This document shows positions 48,630-63,069 of a DNA stretch of 64,000 nt, one piece after another. A model generated the notes under the pieces. The model was not told the origin of the DNA and searched no databases. It saw only the letters and a list, made by a program, of their open reading frames with translations. This DNA comes from Heptranchias perlo (taxonomy: Eukaryota): assembly GCF_035084215.1 (NCBI RefSeq), contig NC_090330.1, forward strand, positions 12,710,001-12,774,000. Reading direction: 5' to 3'. The stretch's first letter is position 1, and each line of letters begins with the position of its first letter. The translations under genes and the position numbers were made by a program.

Positions 48630-50586
48630 ACAAATGAAAAAGCATACAATTCCGCGAAGATTAGTGGCAGGTCAGAAGATTGGACAGGATATAAAAAAAC
48701 AGCAACGAATGACTAAAAGAATAATGAGGGAGAAATTAGAGTATGAGAGAAAGCTAGCTAGAAATATAAAAACAGATAGTAAGAGTTTCTACAGGTATTT
48801 AAAAAGGAAAAGAGTTAGTAAAGTGAGCGTTGGTCCTCTAGAGAGTGAGTCTGGGGAATAGAATAAGGAAATGGTGGATGAATTGAACAGATATTTTGTG
48901 TCCGTCTTCATTGTAGAGGATACAAATAACATACCAGAAATAATTTGTGAATCAAGAGATGGAAGGGAGGAACTTAACATTTATAATCACCAGGGAAAGG
49001 GTTCTGAAAAAATTATTAGAACTAAAAGCTGACAAGCCCCAGGTCCTGACGGACTTCACCCGAGGCTCTTAAAAGAAGTGGCTGCAGAGATAGTAGATGC
49101 ATTGGTAGTAATTTTTCAAAATTCCGTAGATTCTGGTAGGGTCCCATCAGATTGGAAATTAGCAAATGTAACCCCTCTATTCAAGAAAGGAGGAAACTAC
49201 AGGCTAGTTAGCTTAACATCTGTCATAGGGAAAATGCTAAAATCTGTTATTAAGGAGGTTATAGCAGGGCACTTAAAAAATCTCGATACAATCGGGCAGA
49301 GTCAACACGGCTTTGAGAAAAGGAAATTGCGTTTGACTAATTTATTGGAGTTCTTTTGAGGAAGTAACAAGCAACGTGGATAAAGGGGATCCTGTGGATG
49401 TGGTGTACTTGGATTTCCAGAAGGCATGTGACGAGGTGCCACATCAAAGGCTACTACACAAAATAAGAGCTCATGGTGTAGGGGGTAACATATTAGCATG
49501 GATAAAGGATTGGTTAGCTAACAGGAAACAGAGTAGGCATAAATGGGTCATTTTCAGGTTGGCAAGATGTAACGAGTGGAGTGCCACAGGGATCAGTGCT
49601 GGGGCCTCAACTATTTACAATCTATGTCAATGACTTGGATGAAGGGACCAAATGTATGGTTGCTAAATTTGTTGATGACACAAAGGTAGGTTGGAAAGTA
49701 AGTTGTGAAGAGGACATAAGGAGTCTGCAAAGGGATATGGATAGGTTAAGTGAGTGGGCAAAAATTTGGCAGATGGAGTATAATGTGGGAAAATGTGAAC
49801 TTGTCCACTTTGGCAGGAGGAATAGAAAAGCAGTATATTTAAATAGGGAGAGATTGCAGAACTCTGAGGTACAGAAGGATCTGGGTGTCCTAGTACACGA
49901 ATCACAAAAAGTTAGTATGCAGGTACAGCAAGCGATTAGGAAGGCAAATGGAATGTTGTCATTTATTGCAAGGGGAATGGAATATAAAAGTAGAGATGTT
50001 TTGCTACAGTTGTACAGGGCATTGGTGAGACCACATCTAGAATACTGTGTGCAGTTTTGGTCTCCTTATTTAAGAAAGGACATAATTGCTTTAGAGGCGG
50101 TTCAGAGAAGGTTCACTCAACTGATTCCTGGGATGAGAGGGTTATCTTATGAGGAAAGTTTGGACAAGTTGGACCTGTATACATTGGAGTTTAGAAGAAT
50201 GAGAGGTGATCTTATTGAAACATACAAGATCCTGAGGGACTTGAAGGGTAGATGCTGAGAGGATGTCCCCCTTGTGGGAGAGACTAGAACTAGGGGCCAC
50301 AGTTTATAAATAAGGGGTCTCCCATTTAAGACTGAGATGAGGAGAAAATTTTTTTCTGAGGGTCTGTGGAACTCCCTTCCCCAGAGAGCAGTGGAGGCAG
50401 GGTCATGGAATATTTTTAAGGCTGAGTTAGATAGATTCCTGATTAACAAGGGAGTCAAAGGTTATCGTAGGTAGACGAGAAAGTAGGGTTGAGGTCACAA
50501 TCAGATCAGCCATGATCTTATCAAATGGCAGAGCAGGCTTGAGGGGACGAATGGCCTACTCCTGCTCTTAATTCGTATGTTTGTAT
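48630..50586 (+). mobile_element. CR1 LINE of about 2 kb, 5'-truncated, RT domain with frameshifts and stops
   Basis: ORFs 48601, 49078, 49376 and 49581 (PQGSVLGPQLFTIYVNDLD...KFVDDTK...LVRPHLEYCVQFWSP); 3' UTR. Confidence 0.92.
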
Positions 50587-53500
50587 GAACTAAATTAATG
50601 TGAGACTCACTTTAAAAAAAAAATTGTTTAAAGTTGGGATATTCAACTGTGGTCTTCTTTGGAGCTGTTCGCTTCAGTATTGGAGAGCTGCTTATGAAAT
50701 TGGGCCTATAGTAAGTAACGGAATCTCTATGGGTATAGGTTCTGTAAATGCTCTCCAGGAAACCAGGCATTGTGCCTCCCAGCGGATGTAATACTAAGGC
50801 ACTCTCAAAAGAAACATACAAAAGTATTGTTCGTTACAAACAATGCCAGTATCTTAGTGAGTTCTGCTAGGTTGTTATAGTTTAGAGTCTTTTTTAAAAC
50901 TACTATTGTCTTATTTCAATCTCAATTGTGCGGGCAAAATGGCTGCCATCTTGAACCTGAACTCGTCTACCTCTTCATCCTTTCTTTTTTGCCCTGCCTC
51001 CTACATTTCTCCCAGCCAATCTTTTCTTGCATGTTGCTTGTCCTCTTGCTGAACTTGTCTCCCTCCACTGTGATGTATGCTCTGGATAAGATTTAAGCCT
51101 TCTCCCTATCTTCTGGCATGGCCCTAAGTCCTTCAGAACTGCTGATGACAACCTTTATCTGCCCCCTTATTTAAAAGAAACCTGCTCTCAACCCCTCCAT
51201 TCTTTCCAACTATAATCCAATCTCCAACTTTCCTTCTTTCCAAAGCCCTAGGATGTGTATTGCATTTATGTTCCCAACTCTCCTCTCATTTCCTCATCAG
51301 AACCCTCTAATTAGGCTTTTGCACACCCATAGACAATTTGATTATGGAGTCAGTACAGCTGAAATTGAACCTACCTTCACCTGATCTCGTGTGTCTACAT
51401 TATAGCAGGGGTCACTGGATAGTAATCAAGAGCAGGAACCCCCTCCCTAGGTTAATTGTGGTGCTCCACCCCATAGGAGGGCACTTAACTCATTTGAACC
51501 CGGGACCTTTGGTCTGCGTGACTCAGTAGCGCATCATGAGGTGTATTTACTTTTCAGAGCAGTAGTATATATTTTTAGGGTTTGTTTTTAATGTCTGTAG
51601 CTTAGATATCCTTCATGCTGTTTGAATTCAGGCACATGGTTGGGTTTTACTTCCAACTGATATAGGTAATATGAGGCCTGTGGCTATGAATATTTTTTGT
51701 TGGGTATTTGCTGCAGGATTATGGTGCTAGTTTCTTAGCTGTAGCAGATGATATCTGTTTTGCAACATAATAACTTGTTGCCAGCCAACAAACTGATGAG
51801 CGGGAAGTGGCATAGACTGAGTTCAGTCCAGTAATGTGTACAGGATTTGGATTGAACATTTGGCTATTTCATCATTAGAGTTTTGAAGGCAGCATTATTG
51901 AATGCTTGAGTTTTTTTTTAAAACTTGGATGTCCAGCGCTGAGCTGAGGTGGTTTCACTAGTAAGACTAAACTGTAAAATCGGCATTGTTATTATGTGTT
52001 TTGATAAAGCAGTGGCACAATTGATATACACCAATGTCAAAAGTACAATATAACTGAGATGTTAGGATGACTAGAGTGAAAAATGGAATAAAATGATTTT
52101 GCCTATCTAGTAGGGGTGGTTTTTGAAAATTGAGTTGATCCCAACGGGTAGATGATTAGAGGAACCATTGCTGTATATATGTAACTTGCTTTTTTATGGA
52201 CGATGACTCTCACTGCCCTATAACTGCTAGTGGGAACTGGGAATGTCATAGTGAAACTCCCTTGTGATCTGGACGGGACTTTCCATGTCTTAAGCACATG
52301 TATTAGGGCCTCACCTTTTCAACATATTAATGACATGGATGAAGGAAAGTTGTATATCCAAGTTTGCAGGAGGCACAGTAAGTTGTGTGGATGGGAGCAG
52401 GAAGTTACAAAGGGACATTTACAGACTAAGTGGGCAAAAATATGGCAGATAGAGTTCAATGTGGAGAAGTGTGAGGTCATCCACTTTGGATCTGAGACAC
52501 AAATTGGACAATTCTTTTAATAGTGAGATACAAGGAGCTGTGGCACAGCAAAGGGATTTAGGTGTCCATGTACATTACTTAAGGTGGAACGATGAAGTTA
52601 TGACTTGCAAATATATTGAAGAGGAAACTAAGTTAGCAGTGGAGTGCAATCAGAACATAAGAGATAGGAACAGGAGTAGGCCACATACGGCCCCTCGAGC
52701 CTGCTTCGATATTCAATAAGATCATGGCAAATCGTCTACCTCAACTCCATTTTCCCGCCCTATCCCCATATCCCTTGATACCCTTAGTAGACATAGTTTA
52801 TCTGGATTTTCAGAAAGTGATCTTGAAAATCCACATCTGAGTTTCTAATGACGGTGGATAGAATAAATAGCAAATTGGCGAGCTGTATTATGAATCTTGG
52901 CAGTAGGTAAGAGATGACGATCAATGAAAAAGGATTGTCCAATGGAGTTCTTCAGAAGACCATTGTGACAGAGGTCTGCCTGTTTGTTGCTTCTAGTGTG
53001 CATCTCTGTCCATTGCATGTAACGTATGTATGTGTTCTCGCGTGCTCCTGATTAGCTCAAATGCCATGTTTACGAAACAGCAACAAATTACAACTGAGGA
53101 CGTAGGTACCAATGACCAAGTCGCAAATGGGAGTGAAAACTACCAATCAAGCATTTCAAACACTACTAGTCGAAGATTGGCAGTCAGCAAACAGCTACCA
53201 ATTGCAAGGAGCAGAAGGGTAACTGATGAAAATACTTCAAACACTTTTTCAAAACCTTTCCAGCCACCAACTTGCTTTCTCACTAAGTTGAGAAACATAG
53301 GATTGAAAGTAAGGTTTTTAGAATCATAGAATGGTTACAGCATGGAAGGAGGCCATTCGGCCTGTCGAGTCCGTGCTGGCTGTCTGCAGGACCAATCCAG
53401 TTAGTCCCACTCCCCCGCCCTTTCCCCACAGCCCTGAAAATTTTTTCCCTTCAAGTACTTATCCAATTCCCTTTTGAAAGCCACGACTGAATCTGCCTCC

Positions 53501-53707
53501 ACCAACCCCTCAGGCAGTGCACTTTTGGACTATAAAGACATATAAAATTCATATTTCATAAGAAAATGATTAAGCTTAACTATATAGTTATCCTTTCTGT
53601 GTTTAAAATGCATAAAACATTTTCTGTCAGAGGTCACTTCTTCTTTGAGAAGCCGGGGGCTTCAATTCATGGTGTTTCCCAGAGCTGCCATTAACTTAGT
53701 TGAATGT

Positions 53708-54470
53708 AAACAACAACAACTTGAATTTATATAGCACTAAATAAATTTAAAACAGAAATAGACAGTTTCCTAGAAGTAAAGGGAATTAGGGGTTACGGGG
53801 AGCGGGCAGGAAATTGGACATGAATTTAGATTTGAGGTTAGGATCAGATCAGCCATGATCTTATTGAATGGCGGAGCAGGCTCGAAGGGCCGATTGGCCT
53901 ACTCCTGCGCCTATTTCTTATGTTCTTATGTTCTTTTGACATAGTAAAACGTCCCAAGGCCCTTCACAGGAAAGTCATCAAACAAAATTTGATACTGTGC
54001 CACATAAGGAGATATTAGGACAGGTGACTAAAAGCTTGGTCAAAGTGGTAGGTTATAAGGAGTGTCTTAAAGGAAGAGAGAGGTAGAGAGGCTGCGAGGT
54101 ATAGGGAGGGAATTCCAGAGCTTAGGGCCTAGGCAGCTGAAGGCATGGCCGCCAATGTTGGAGCGATGAAAATTGGGGATGCGCAAGAGGCCAGAATTGG
54201 AGGAATGCAGAGGTCTCAGAGCTGTAAGGCTGCAGGAGGTTACAGAGATAGGGAGGGGATGAGACCATGGAGGGATTTGAAAACTAGGATGAGAATTTTA
54301 AAATCGAGGTATTGCCGGGCCGGGAGCCAGTGTAGGTCAGCGAACGCTGGGGTGATGGGTGAACGGCACTTGGTGTGAGTTAGAATACAGGCAGCAGAGT
54401 TTTGGATGAGCTCAAGTTTACAGGGGGGAGAGGGGTGCAAGGTGTGAGGCCGGCCAGGAGAGCATTGGAG
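53708..54470 (-). mobile_element. L2-type 3' fragment, interrupted near its tail by a + strand CR1 3' end (about 53739-53934)
   Basis: ORF 54240-54500 KLELIQNSAACILT...DLHWLP...FKILILVFKSLHG; the inserted CR1 ends in (ttcttatg)n. Confidence 0.8.
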
Positions 54471-56620
54471 TAAAGGCTCAAAGAAGAAGACGGCCAACAC
54501 CTAGAATACACCAGCATCGTTACATGGAAGTGGTCAATGCCATTCCACACCTAGAATGTAGATAAAGAAAACAACATTCAGAATCTGTTGAACACCACCA
54601 TATTTTGGGGTTTGGGGCACAAAATACACCTGTCCATTCACAAAGCATCACTGTGACTGGCTGACAGTGGTGTTAATAATGAGTTGGAGGCGGAGCGAGA
54701 CTTGCGGCCAGCAGGACTTATAGCCAAACAGTGAATTTTACGGCTGCATATAGTGACACCACTATTTCCGTCCAGAATGGAGATGATTGGGTAATTGCGC
54801 CGTCAATCACGCCGAGAGACTGCACTGTTGTAAGTGACTGGGATTGATTTTACGGACGATTTCTGTTTGCTGCGGTTGGTAGAGACTCTTGGTAAATAGT
54901 CAGTGTAAATAGACTTTTGTTTACTTTGTTGTTTGCTGATCCAACTTATTGGCTGACACAGTGGTGTCAGTAGTCACAGTGAACTTTTTAGCAGGAGAAA
55001 CAATGTAAATAACTATAAAAAGACAGAAATGCCTTGGTGAATGGGGATAGATCTCTATACTGAGTCCCAGCACAAAAAGCTCCTATCATCAGCTCACCAG
55101 AGTTGCAGTACAAGATCAATTCAAACTGTGTATTTTGTATTTTGAAAGTGGGGTGCCTAAAACTGTAGGCAATATTCCAAAGCAGAGATACATTGGACAT
55201 GGTTCAGGAAAGAGCAACAATGATTATGCTGTTTTTTTCCAATTATGAGGAAAATGTAGCAGAAACAAATGAATGGAAGAGAACATAACAAAAATATATA
55301 AAAAGCTGGAAGAACTGGATAATGTTGATGGAAGTGGATTATGTAACTTAAAGTGCAATTCCATAATTACAGGACTGTTGAGCCTCAAATAAAGATAGAG
55401 ATTAGGAAGAATTTTGTTTCTTACCACCACTAAGTATATATCTGGAATTGGCTCTCAAGAATAGATCATGCCCTTTCAAAGATCCTTTTTTTTAAGAAAA
55501 AAAGACCCTTATACATTGAAGAATGAGACTGAAAGTTATAAATGATGGGATAAATTGAACAAAGCAGTACAGGTGGTGAATTGTCTATTAGAAGGAGCGG
55601 GATAGATGGCTTTTTTTTGTGCCATACTTATGTTCTTATGTGCTCAACATAAAAAGGTGCTCAATCTTTGTTGTTTCTACCTTCTATCGTATCCTGTTCC
55701 ATTAAGGTTTTTTTTGCGTTTGGCAGATGATCATTGTATTCATATTGGTTTAAATAGAAGTTCATTCAACTTACCTAAACACCGTTTTGGTACATTGGGG
55801 CTAATTTGCATGTGATCACTTTCATCGGGTGGGCGGAGCGAGCTCATCACCCACTTGATGAAGTTCCCCGTTGGCCTGAGATTCCTGATCTGTGCTGAAT
55901 TGAACTGATATCAGTTGTGGCAACAAAATAAAATGCCTATAACGGAGCTATGTTTAGATTTAACAAAACAAAAAGCTGCCGCTCTATAGGTCTCTGCAAA
56001 CCAGACATTTTTTTGGGCAAGTTGTCTGCCGGTGGTATGGCTGTCAAGCTGGCCACTCGATGTTGCTTAAGCAGTCCTCCAAATATCTGTGGTGGTACAG
56101 CTGAGCAGAGGTATTTACTGTGTGCAAAATGGTTGTAACATCAACACGATGCATTGCTTGCATTCCCAGATATTTCATAGTTTCTGACCAAATCATGTGA
56201 ACAGTAATTCTGTCAGTAAAAATTTATTCAACTGTCTGGGTTTGAGTGAGTTTCAGTTCATATGGGGTAATAGTTTTTATAGTTTAGGGGAGGGGGAAGG
56301 ACCTAATTATTATAGCAAGATTCCATTGATGTAGAGGCAGATGCAGCACATTGTTTGGCATTTTCCTCCCTGTTCCCTACAAACCTGACACTTTACATAT
56401 AGATCCTTTTTAAGAAAAAAAACCCATATCACTAATACTAAGGGTACTGGAGATTAGTTTAGTTTGGGGAGGAAAGGGATGAAGTAGAAGAATCTACCTA
56501 TAAATAACTTTTGGTCATTTCTAACTTACTCCAATGCTGTAGACTCTTACTTCTAAAGTTGAGGGGTTTTAAACTGTAAAGTTATTATTTAGTCATTTTT
56601 CTATTTTGCTTTCATCTTAG

Positions 56621-56738
56621 CTTGCCTTCACTCGAGATGGACTCTGTGGACTTTGGAATGAAATGGTCAAAGATGGCGAAATTGTTTATACTGGTCCTGA
56701 AGCAATGCAAAATCTCAATGACTCACTAACATCGAAAG
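56621..56738 (+). CDS. HERC2: HERC2 second coding exon
   Basis: LAFTRDGLCGLWNEMVKDGEIVYTG matches recalled human HERC2; acceptor catcttag|, donor G|gtaaga; phase 0 to 1. Confidence 0.96.
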
Positions 56739-59084
56739 GTAAGAATTTAAGTACTGTGTAAAATGAATATTCTTCACATGACTGTTGGTAGGTGTCATGT
56801 TTCAGGAACTTTGAATTTTTTTCTTTACGGAAAGGATTTTGGGATTCACATATGTTTAAGGGATATGTTTTAAAACTAAGTGAATTTGCAGAAGTTTAAA
56901 AAGAACGCCTACAGGCATTGGAGAACACATTGAAGCCCGATGAGCCAGGTTGGGGAAATGCCAGAACTCAGTATTTCAAAGGCCATATAAAAGCAGTTTC
57001 GTTATTGGGTACGACAAAAGGTATCTGCAAAGAATATGTGCCTGAGAGAGCAGGTAGTTGATTTGGTTGTCAAGTCTACTGCTAAATCCCTGCCCAGGAA
57101 GATCAGCCATGATCTCATTGAATGACTGGACAGGCTCGAGGGGCTGAATGGCCTACTCCTGTTCCTATGTTAGAGATACCGTTCCTCTGTTTTCTGGGGT
57201 CAGAAAGGACTGTGACACACGTTTCTTCGTTGGAGCTGGAAGCTAAAAACACAGGTCAGGTTTTGTAATTAGAAGTTGTCTAGAGAGACAGGAATGTCAA
57301 AAAATAAGTCAGCCCAAGAAAAGGGACGGGGAGTGTCATTTATTATTTCTTATTTTTTGAGACATGAAATTGAGTTAAGAGAAATTTGTTTTGATTGTTA
57401 CGCTTTATGTTCACTTGCTGTTGGTGGAATAAATCAACTTAATAATTGTCTTTATCCTCATTCTCACCAAGTGTTTCTTGGTCCGCCTTTGGAAAGATTG
57501 GAGAAGCGCGTGTAAGAGCAAGTGCGAAAGACACACTACCTAGTAATAACCACCCTATCGTATAGTTAGATACTGGGCAGTACTGGCACACTTCAGATGC
57601 TCAGACTATTTACGATAGTGACCAGCACTACTGTACCTGAGAGACCTGGCAAACTCTAAACTTGTAACAGTAGGCCATTTAACTGTGGGGCCATAATGCC
57701 CAAGCCCAGTCCAATCCAATGCTTTTCCATGTCATGCATCTTTTTTGGGCTGGTGGAGCAGGCTGGTGATCTGTTAATAATGAAGCTGCTTTTATATTAG
57801 TCAAATGACACTGCTCCTGGTGTGCGAGTCTCACGCAGCCAGTGGTAACATCAATCTGAACCTACCTGCTTTGCTGAGACCAGGGTCTGGGAAGATCTGT
57901 TTCTCTTATTTTTTAATACTTGGTCTTCCTGACTACTGCTGGTCTTTGGGGCTCCTTTAAAAGCTCTGATTCAATGTGTACAGTTCCTTGTTGTGACATC
58001 GTGACACCCCATAGTGGAATGATGCTAGCATGAAGAGGCTCTTGTGTGCTTAAAAGCCTGTTTGTGGCAAATGCACATGCATGGAAATCTGGTGCCATGT
58101 TTTTACTTTGCACATCTGCACAAATACTGAAGATTAAGTTCCACAATAAGACCGGCTGCACTTTGTGGATGTAAATGCAGGAGAGCAGCATACTTGGACT
58201 ATTCCATTGTGACCTAGTTTTAGACTATGATATTGGGAGTTGTCAGGGTGGCCTGAAGTGATTGGTCCTGAGGCTTCTGCTTTTATCCCTGTGGAAAAAC
58301 ATCTGACAGCCACTTGTGGCCTCCCACGATGGCATTGCTTAACGCTGCTGGTCTTAAATAGGATGCATTTCACCTTCATTATAATTGTTAGTGTGTGATA
58401 TTAGATACTAAGCTGCTGTGATTTCTGACAGATACTGTAGCTCATAATGTGTGTCGTTCCACTCGGACTGGGGTAGGCAGGGCAGCTGGTAGCGGTAGCG
58501 TTAGCAATTTCATGAATTTCATTTGCAGGGATCAAGGTAGTTTATATGAAATGAGCTATGTAAAGTAGTCACGGAATTCCGTGAATTTTTTTACCCAAAT
58601 GATGGAAGGATTAGAAATAAAATGCTGGAATTTCAGGCATGTGCTTCCATATAGAAGTTAAATGTAATTGGAATCTCTGAAACCTGGTTGGCTAATAGTG
58701 ACCGATTGAAGTTCAGTTGAAAGGTTACACTGAATTTCATAAATGGAGGTTGGGTCACAAAAAAAGGACGTAGCTTTATTTGTAAAGCAGGATATAACTG
58801 AATTTGAACAGGAGGATACTGGTCAGCATAGTAATTGGATGGCAATAACTGAACAGGAAAAAAATTATTGTTTAAAATCAATGCTGAAGTACAATTAAAT
58901 CTTGTACACCCATTGGGGAAAAAGGAGGGGAGGGGTGGTCATGGTAAAGGGAAGCCTTCACAGTTAAATAGGGATATGAAAATCAAAATTTTGCTTTTAA
59001 GAGAAAAGCATTTTGCATTGTATAAAAAATTCAACTGTTAAGAAAATAAGGACAAGTATGAAAAGCAACTGAGGTTAACTAAAG

Positions 59085-59660
59085 GCAGGGCTTTAGTGAG
59101 ACCTCACCTGGAATACTGCGTACAGTTTTGGTCTCCTTATCTAAGGAAGGATATACTTGCCTTGGAGGAGGTACAACGGAGGTTCACTAGATTAATTCCT
59201 GGGATGAGAGGGTTGTCCTATCAGGAGAGTTTGAGTAGAATGGGCCTATACTGTCTCGAGTTTAGAAGAATGTGAGGTGATCTCATTGAAACATATAAGA
59301 TTCTGAGGGGGCTTGACAGGATAGATGCTGAGAGATTGTTTCCCCTGGCTGGAGAGCCTAGAACTAGGAGGCATAGTTGCAGGATAAGGGGTTGATATTC
59401 AAGACTGAGATGAGGAGGAATTACTTCATGCAGAGGGTTGTGAATCTTTGGAATTCTCTACCCCATAGGGCTGTGAATGCTGAGTCATTGAATATATTCA
59501 AGGCTGAGATGGATAGACTTTTGCACTCCAGGGGAATCAAGGGATTATGGGATTGGGTGGGAAAGTGGAGTTCAGGTTGAAGATCACCCATGATCTGATT
59601 GAATGGCGGAGCAGGCTCAAGGGGCCGTATGGCCTACTTCTCCTATTTCTCATGTCCTAA
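59085..59660 (+). mobile_element. CR1 3' fragment inside an older degenerate CR1 (about 58650-60530)
   Basis: Encodes LVRPHLEYCVQFWSPYLRKD and RRNYFMQRVVNLWNSLP; 3' UTR present. Confidence 0.8.
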
Positions 59661-60832
59661 TTAGAAATGTGAATATGGCAATAGAAAAAAAATATATAAT
59701 GGGCAATTGCACTAATGATGGCTAGGCTTTTTCCCCAGTTATGTTAGAAGTTGCAGAATAATCAAGGGCTGCACTGTTCCTTTTGAGGGATTTGTCAGGG
59801 CAGGTTATTTAGGAAGATAAAGATGCAGCATATGAGCTAAATAACTACAAAAATGGTTTTAGCTAATGTTAGTGTGCTTAAAATTGATAATGCTGCAGGA
59901 CTTGATGGCATTTATCCTAGAGTCCAGAAGTGCATAATCTGAGCCAATGGCTCAAGTATTCAATAGCTAATTGAAGTCCAGGTTGGTTGTTACCATGGTT
60001 AAAGGGTGAGTCACTGGTCCCAATATTGGACCCTGGAACTGACAGGTTTGTGAATTTGACTTTGGAAGTAGGGAAGCAGCTGGAAAGCATTATATGGGAT
60101 GTGATAAATCATGATCTAATGAGATTTGGTGGTTATTTCAGATACCCAACATGACTTTAAGAAACATGGGTCCTGGTTCGCTAAATTGAGTTTTTTGAGA
60201 AAGTGACTAGAATAGTGGATGAAGATGGTTTGGTTGGTGTTGTATATCTCAACTTCCAAAAAACATTTGACAATGTAACATAGATAGCTATTAAAGAAAA
60301 TTAGATCTCATGAGATTATAGTACACTTATTATGTTTGATAGGTAGCTGGCTAAAATCATGGAAGGGCAGTGTTGTTATTAATGGGAGTGGTTCTGATAG
60401 AACCCAAAATACAAGTGGAGCTCCACAGGGCTCTGTATTGGGTCACTGCTGATTTTCACTAATGATTTAGAGGAGGACTTAAATGGAATGAATCATAAAT
60501 TCACCATGGATGATACAAAAATGTGCATGGGGATTAATCATCTCTTTTCCCCCCCACCCCCCACCCCAGCTACATATCTCCTCTTGTGCCTCGCCGTTGA
60601 TTTTAGTCTGATTATGCTTCTGTGAAGTGCGTTGGGATGTTTTTCTGTGTTAAAGGTGCTATATAAATGCAAGTTGTTGAATAAATTACCTGCACAATCC
60701 CTTTACGTTTTGTGTTTTAAGATTACGTTTTTGAAGAATGGAGAAAGTAAGCCACATTTCTGATTAAATAGTTAACCGTAGAGGCTCCTCCTCCTGTTCC
60801 AGCTAGTGTGTTTCATTATAATCAAAGTGAAT

Positions 60833-61550
60833 GGGCTGGATCTTGCTGTGAGCGGTGAACGAACGGCGCCCGCCGTCTGTTAGACGACCCATACCCATAG
60901 ACTTTCCACGAGTTTTTGCACAGCAAGTTCCTCTAAATTAGAAATCCAAAAAGCACGGTGCCCTCCACAGGGCATCTGAGACCTGTGTGAACAGAGCAAG
61001 CAACTGTGTATCTCATTAATCAATCAGATTGAACCAGGAAGTGTAAGTTAGAATAGTGAATTCAGTGTCAAATCAGGTATAGTAAGCAAAATAAAGGGAG
61101 GGAAAGAAATGTTGGATTAAGAGACAGATAAAAGAGACAAAGAAAAAGTAAGAATTCTTTTTATTTCAATTTAAAAAAAAATGTCCAACAATAATTAAAA
61201 GCTGAAGGAATGAGACTCCACACTTGTAAAAGTTAATTTTCAGGGCCAGACAGGTTGTTTGCAGTAATTAAGACTTACCACATTGTTAAAATGGTACTTA
61301 GACTTAACTTTTATTGGCGAGTTTAGTCCATTTCTGCGATGTCAGTACAGGAACTTCATGCCGTGGGAGCCAGCTATGAGATGGCGTTTTTGCGCAGCTT
61401 TTGGAGGTGCAGGGCACGTGGTACAGCAACTTCCGGATTTCCATGTTTAACTGCGCATGTGCGGTTGCCGGAAGTTACTGTCCAATTTGCACATGAATAA
61501 TGGTGAGTGCTGTTAATCTCACCATTACTTTTTACAGCAAAATCCAGCCC
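60833..61550. mobile_element. MITE with 17-bp terminal inverted repeats
   Basis: gggctggatcttgctgt / acagcaaaatccagccc (1 mismatch); non-coding; ends 80 nt before the next HERC2 exon. Confidence 0.75.
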
Positions 61551-61630
61551 ATTGTGTCTATTTCACCATTGTATTTGGTGCAACTAGTTATATTCTGAGC
61601 CTTAAAATGTGACTGATTTTTTTCTCCTAG

Positions 61631-61768
61631 AGGATAATAATGAATGTCAGGCTGGCTCAAAGAAGGAGGAACAGAATGATAAAGAGAAAAAGGATGAAGA
61701 AGAGACCCCAACGTCCATCCATCGAGCCAAATCAATCATTGAGTCATGGGTTTGGGGCAGACAGCCAG
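61631..61768 (+). CDS. HERC2: HERC2 third coding exon; the gene continues beyond the window
   Basis: KKEEQNDKEKKDEEETPTSIHRAKSIIESWVWGRQP versus recalled human KKEDLNDKEKKDEEETPAPIYRAKSILDSWVWGKQP; acceptor ctcctag|, donor G|gtaatg. Confidence 0.96.
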
Positions 61769-63069
61769 GTAATGTATATGCACAAGTCTGATGGCTCCAC
61801 CTGAGTTGTAATACATTCTTAATGGTACTAGCAGTACTTGCATGTTTAAGTTTTAATGCTATTGGTGTATGGCATTGCTGTATGTTTGGCATGTGTCTTT
61901 GTGGCAAATTTACTGCAATTGGGGAATCCATTGCTACAGAATTGTAGGTCACACAGCGTAGTTATTTGGTATTATTGTGCAGTGTTAATTTTGTCAGAAT
62001 TCATTTAGAATTTCTTTATCTGTTAGAAAAGATTGTCATTGAGGTTACTTCAATATTTGCAGATCATTACTATGCTTGACCCCTTTTCATTACTGAAAGA
62101 CCAACGTTTTTCAAAATGTTCACCACCTTTCCTTGACTGCAGAAATGGTTCTACACACTCATGAATTGTTCTAGAATTGGCATACAAGCCAAGAATATTG
62201 CTTAAAGTTGAAACCTATCCTACTAGATCCTGCAAGACATTATACAAGATATCTGCACACTAATTTAGTGCCTATTGTTGTTTTATGTTGGGGAACTGTT
62301 GGTTAGAGGCAGCTTTGGGATGCATAACTCACCTGACATGTGACTTGTGAGCTTCTAATCCAGAGACGTCCAGAACGGGGAGCGTTATCCATGACTTATC
62401 TGCACAGGAGCTTTGTGATGTGACTAGGGAGGAATGTGCTGTTGGGAGTGTAAACATCTCTATAGCAATCCATAACTTGATTATAATCCTCTCTTCTTCA
62501 GTCTAGCACTACTAAAGAACATGTCCAAATTTGCCAACGTCTCCACAATTTAAGAATTCTGATTCAGGGAACTGTCATTTCTATGATGGGCCCATTGAAG
62601 TCTAGCTATCTGGTGCATAAGCAATCCCTGAGCCACCTCAATCTTTGGTTGATTAATTTCATTGCCATTGAGTCATGGATGATATAAAGACTATCATCAG
62701 TTTGTTGGTCATTCATCTTTTGATATGCCTACAAACCTAATTTGACTTTGTATGATCTTTATTCAAGATCATCTATTTCTGAAGTCTATCCCTAAGCTGA
62801 CCTCTTAGCCTCCACTTGTGCTTTCACTTTCTCCAGTCTCCACTCCATCTGCTTTTCTCATGATTTCAGTTGGCTGCCATTTAATTTCACTTCCTCCACT
62901 CTACACCTCTTGCTTCTGTTTTATCTTTGTACCAGTCTTACATTTGCCACCCTGAGAGTTTGCAGCAATTTGAGCGGATATTTGAGGATTTGGACTGTCC
63001 TCGGTTTGTTTCCCCCCCCCCCCCCCCCCCCCCCCATCTTTGTTCTTTTTGTGTTAGTCTCAGAGAGTT

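Noticed and set aside
49581-50258. 225-aa ORF as a host gene nested in HERC2
   Set aside because: It is the RT/C-terminal part of a truncated CR1 with disrupted upstream frames.
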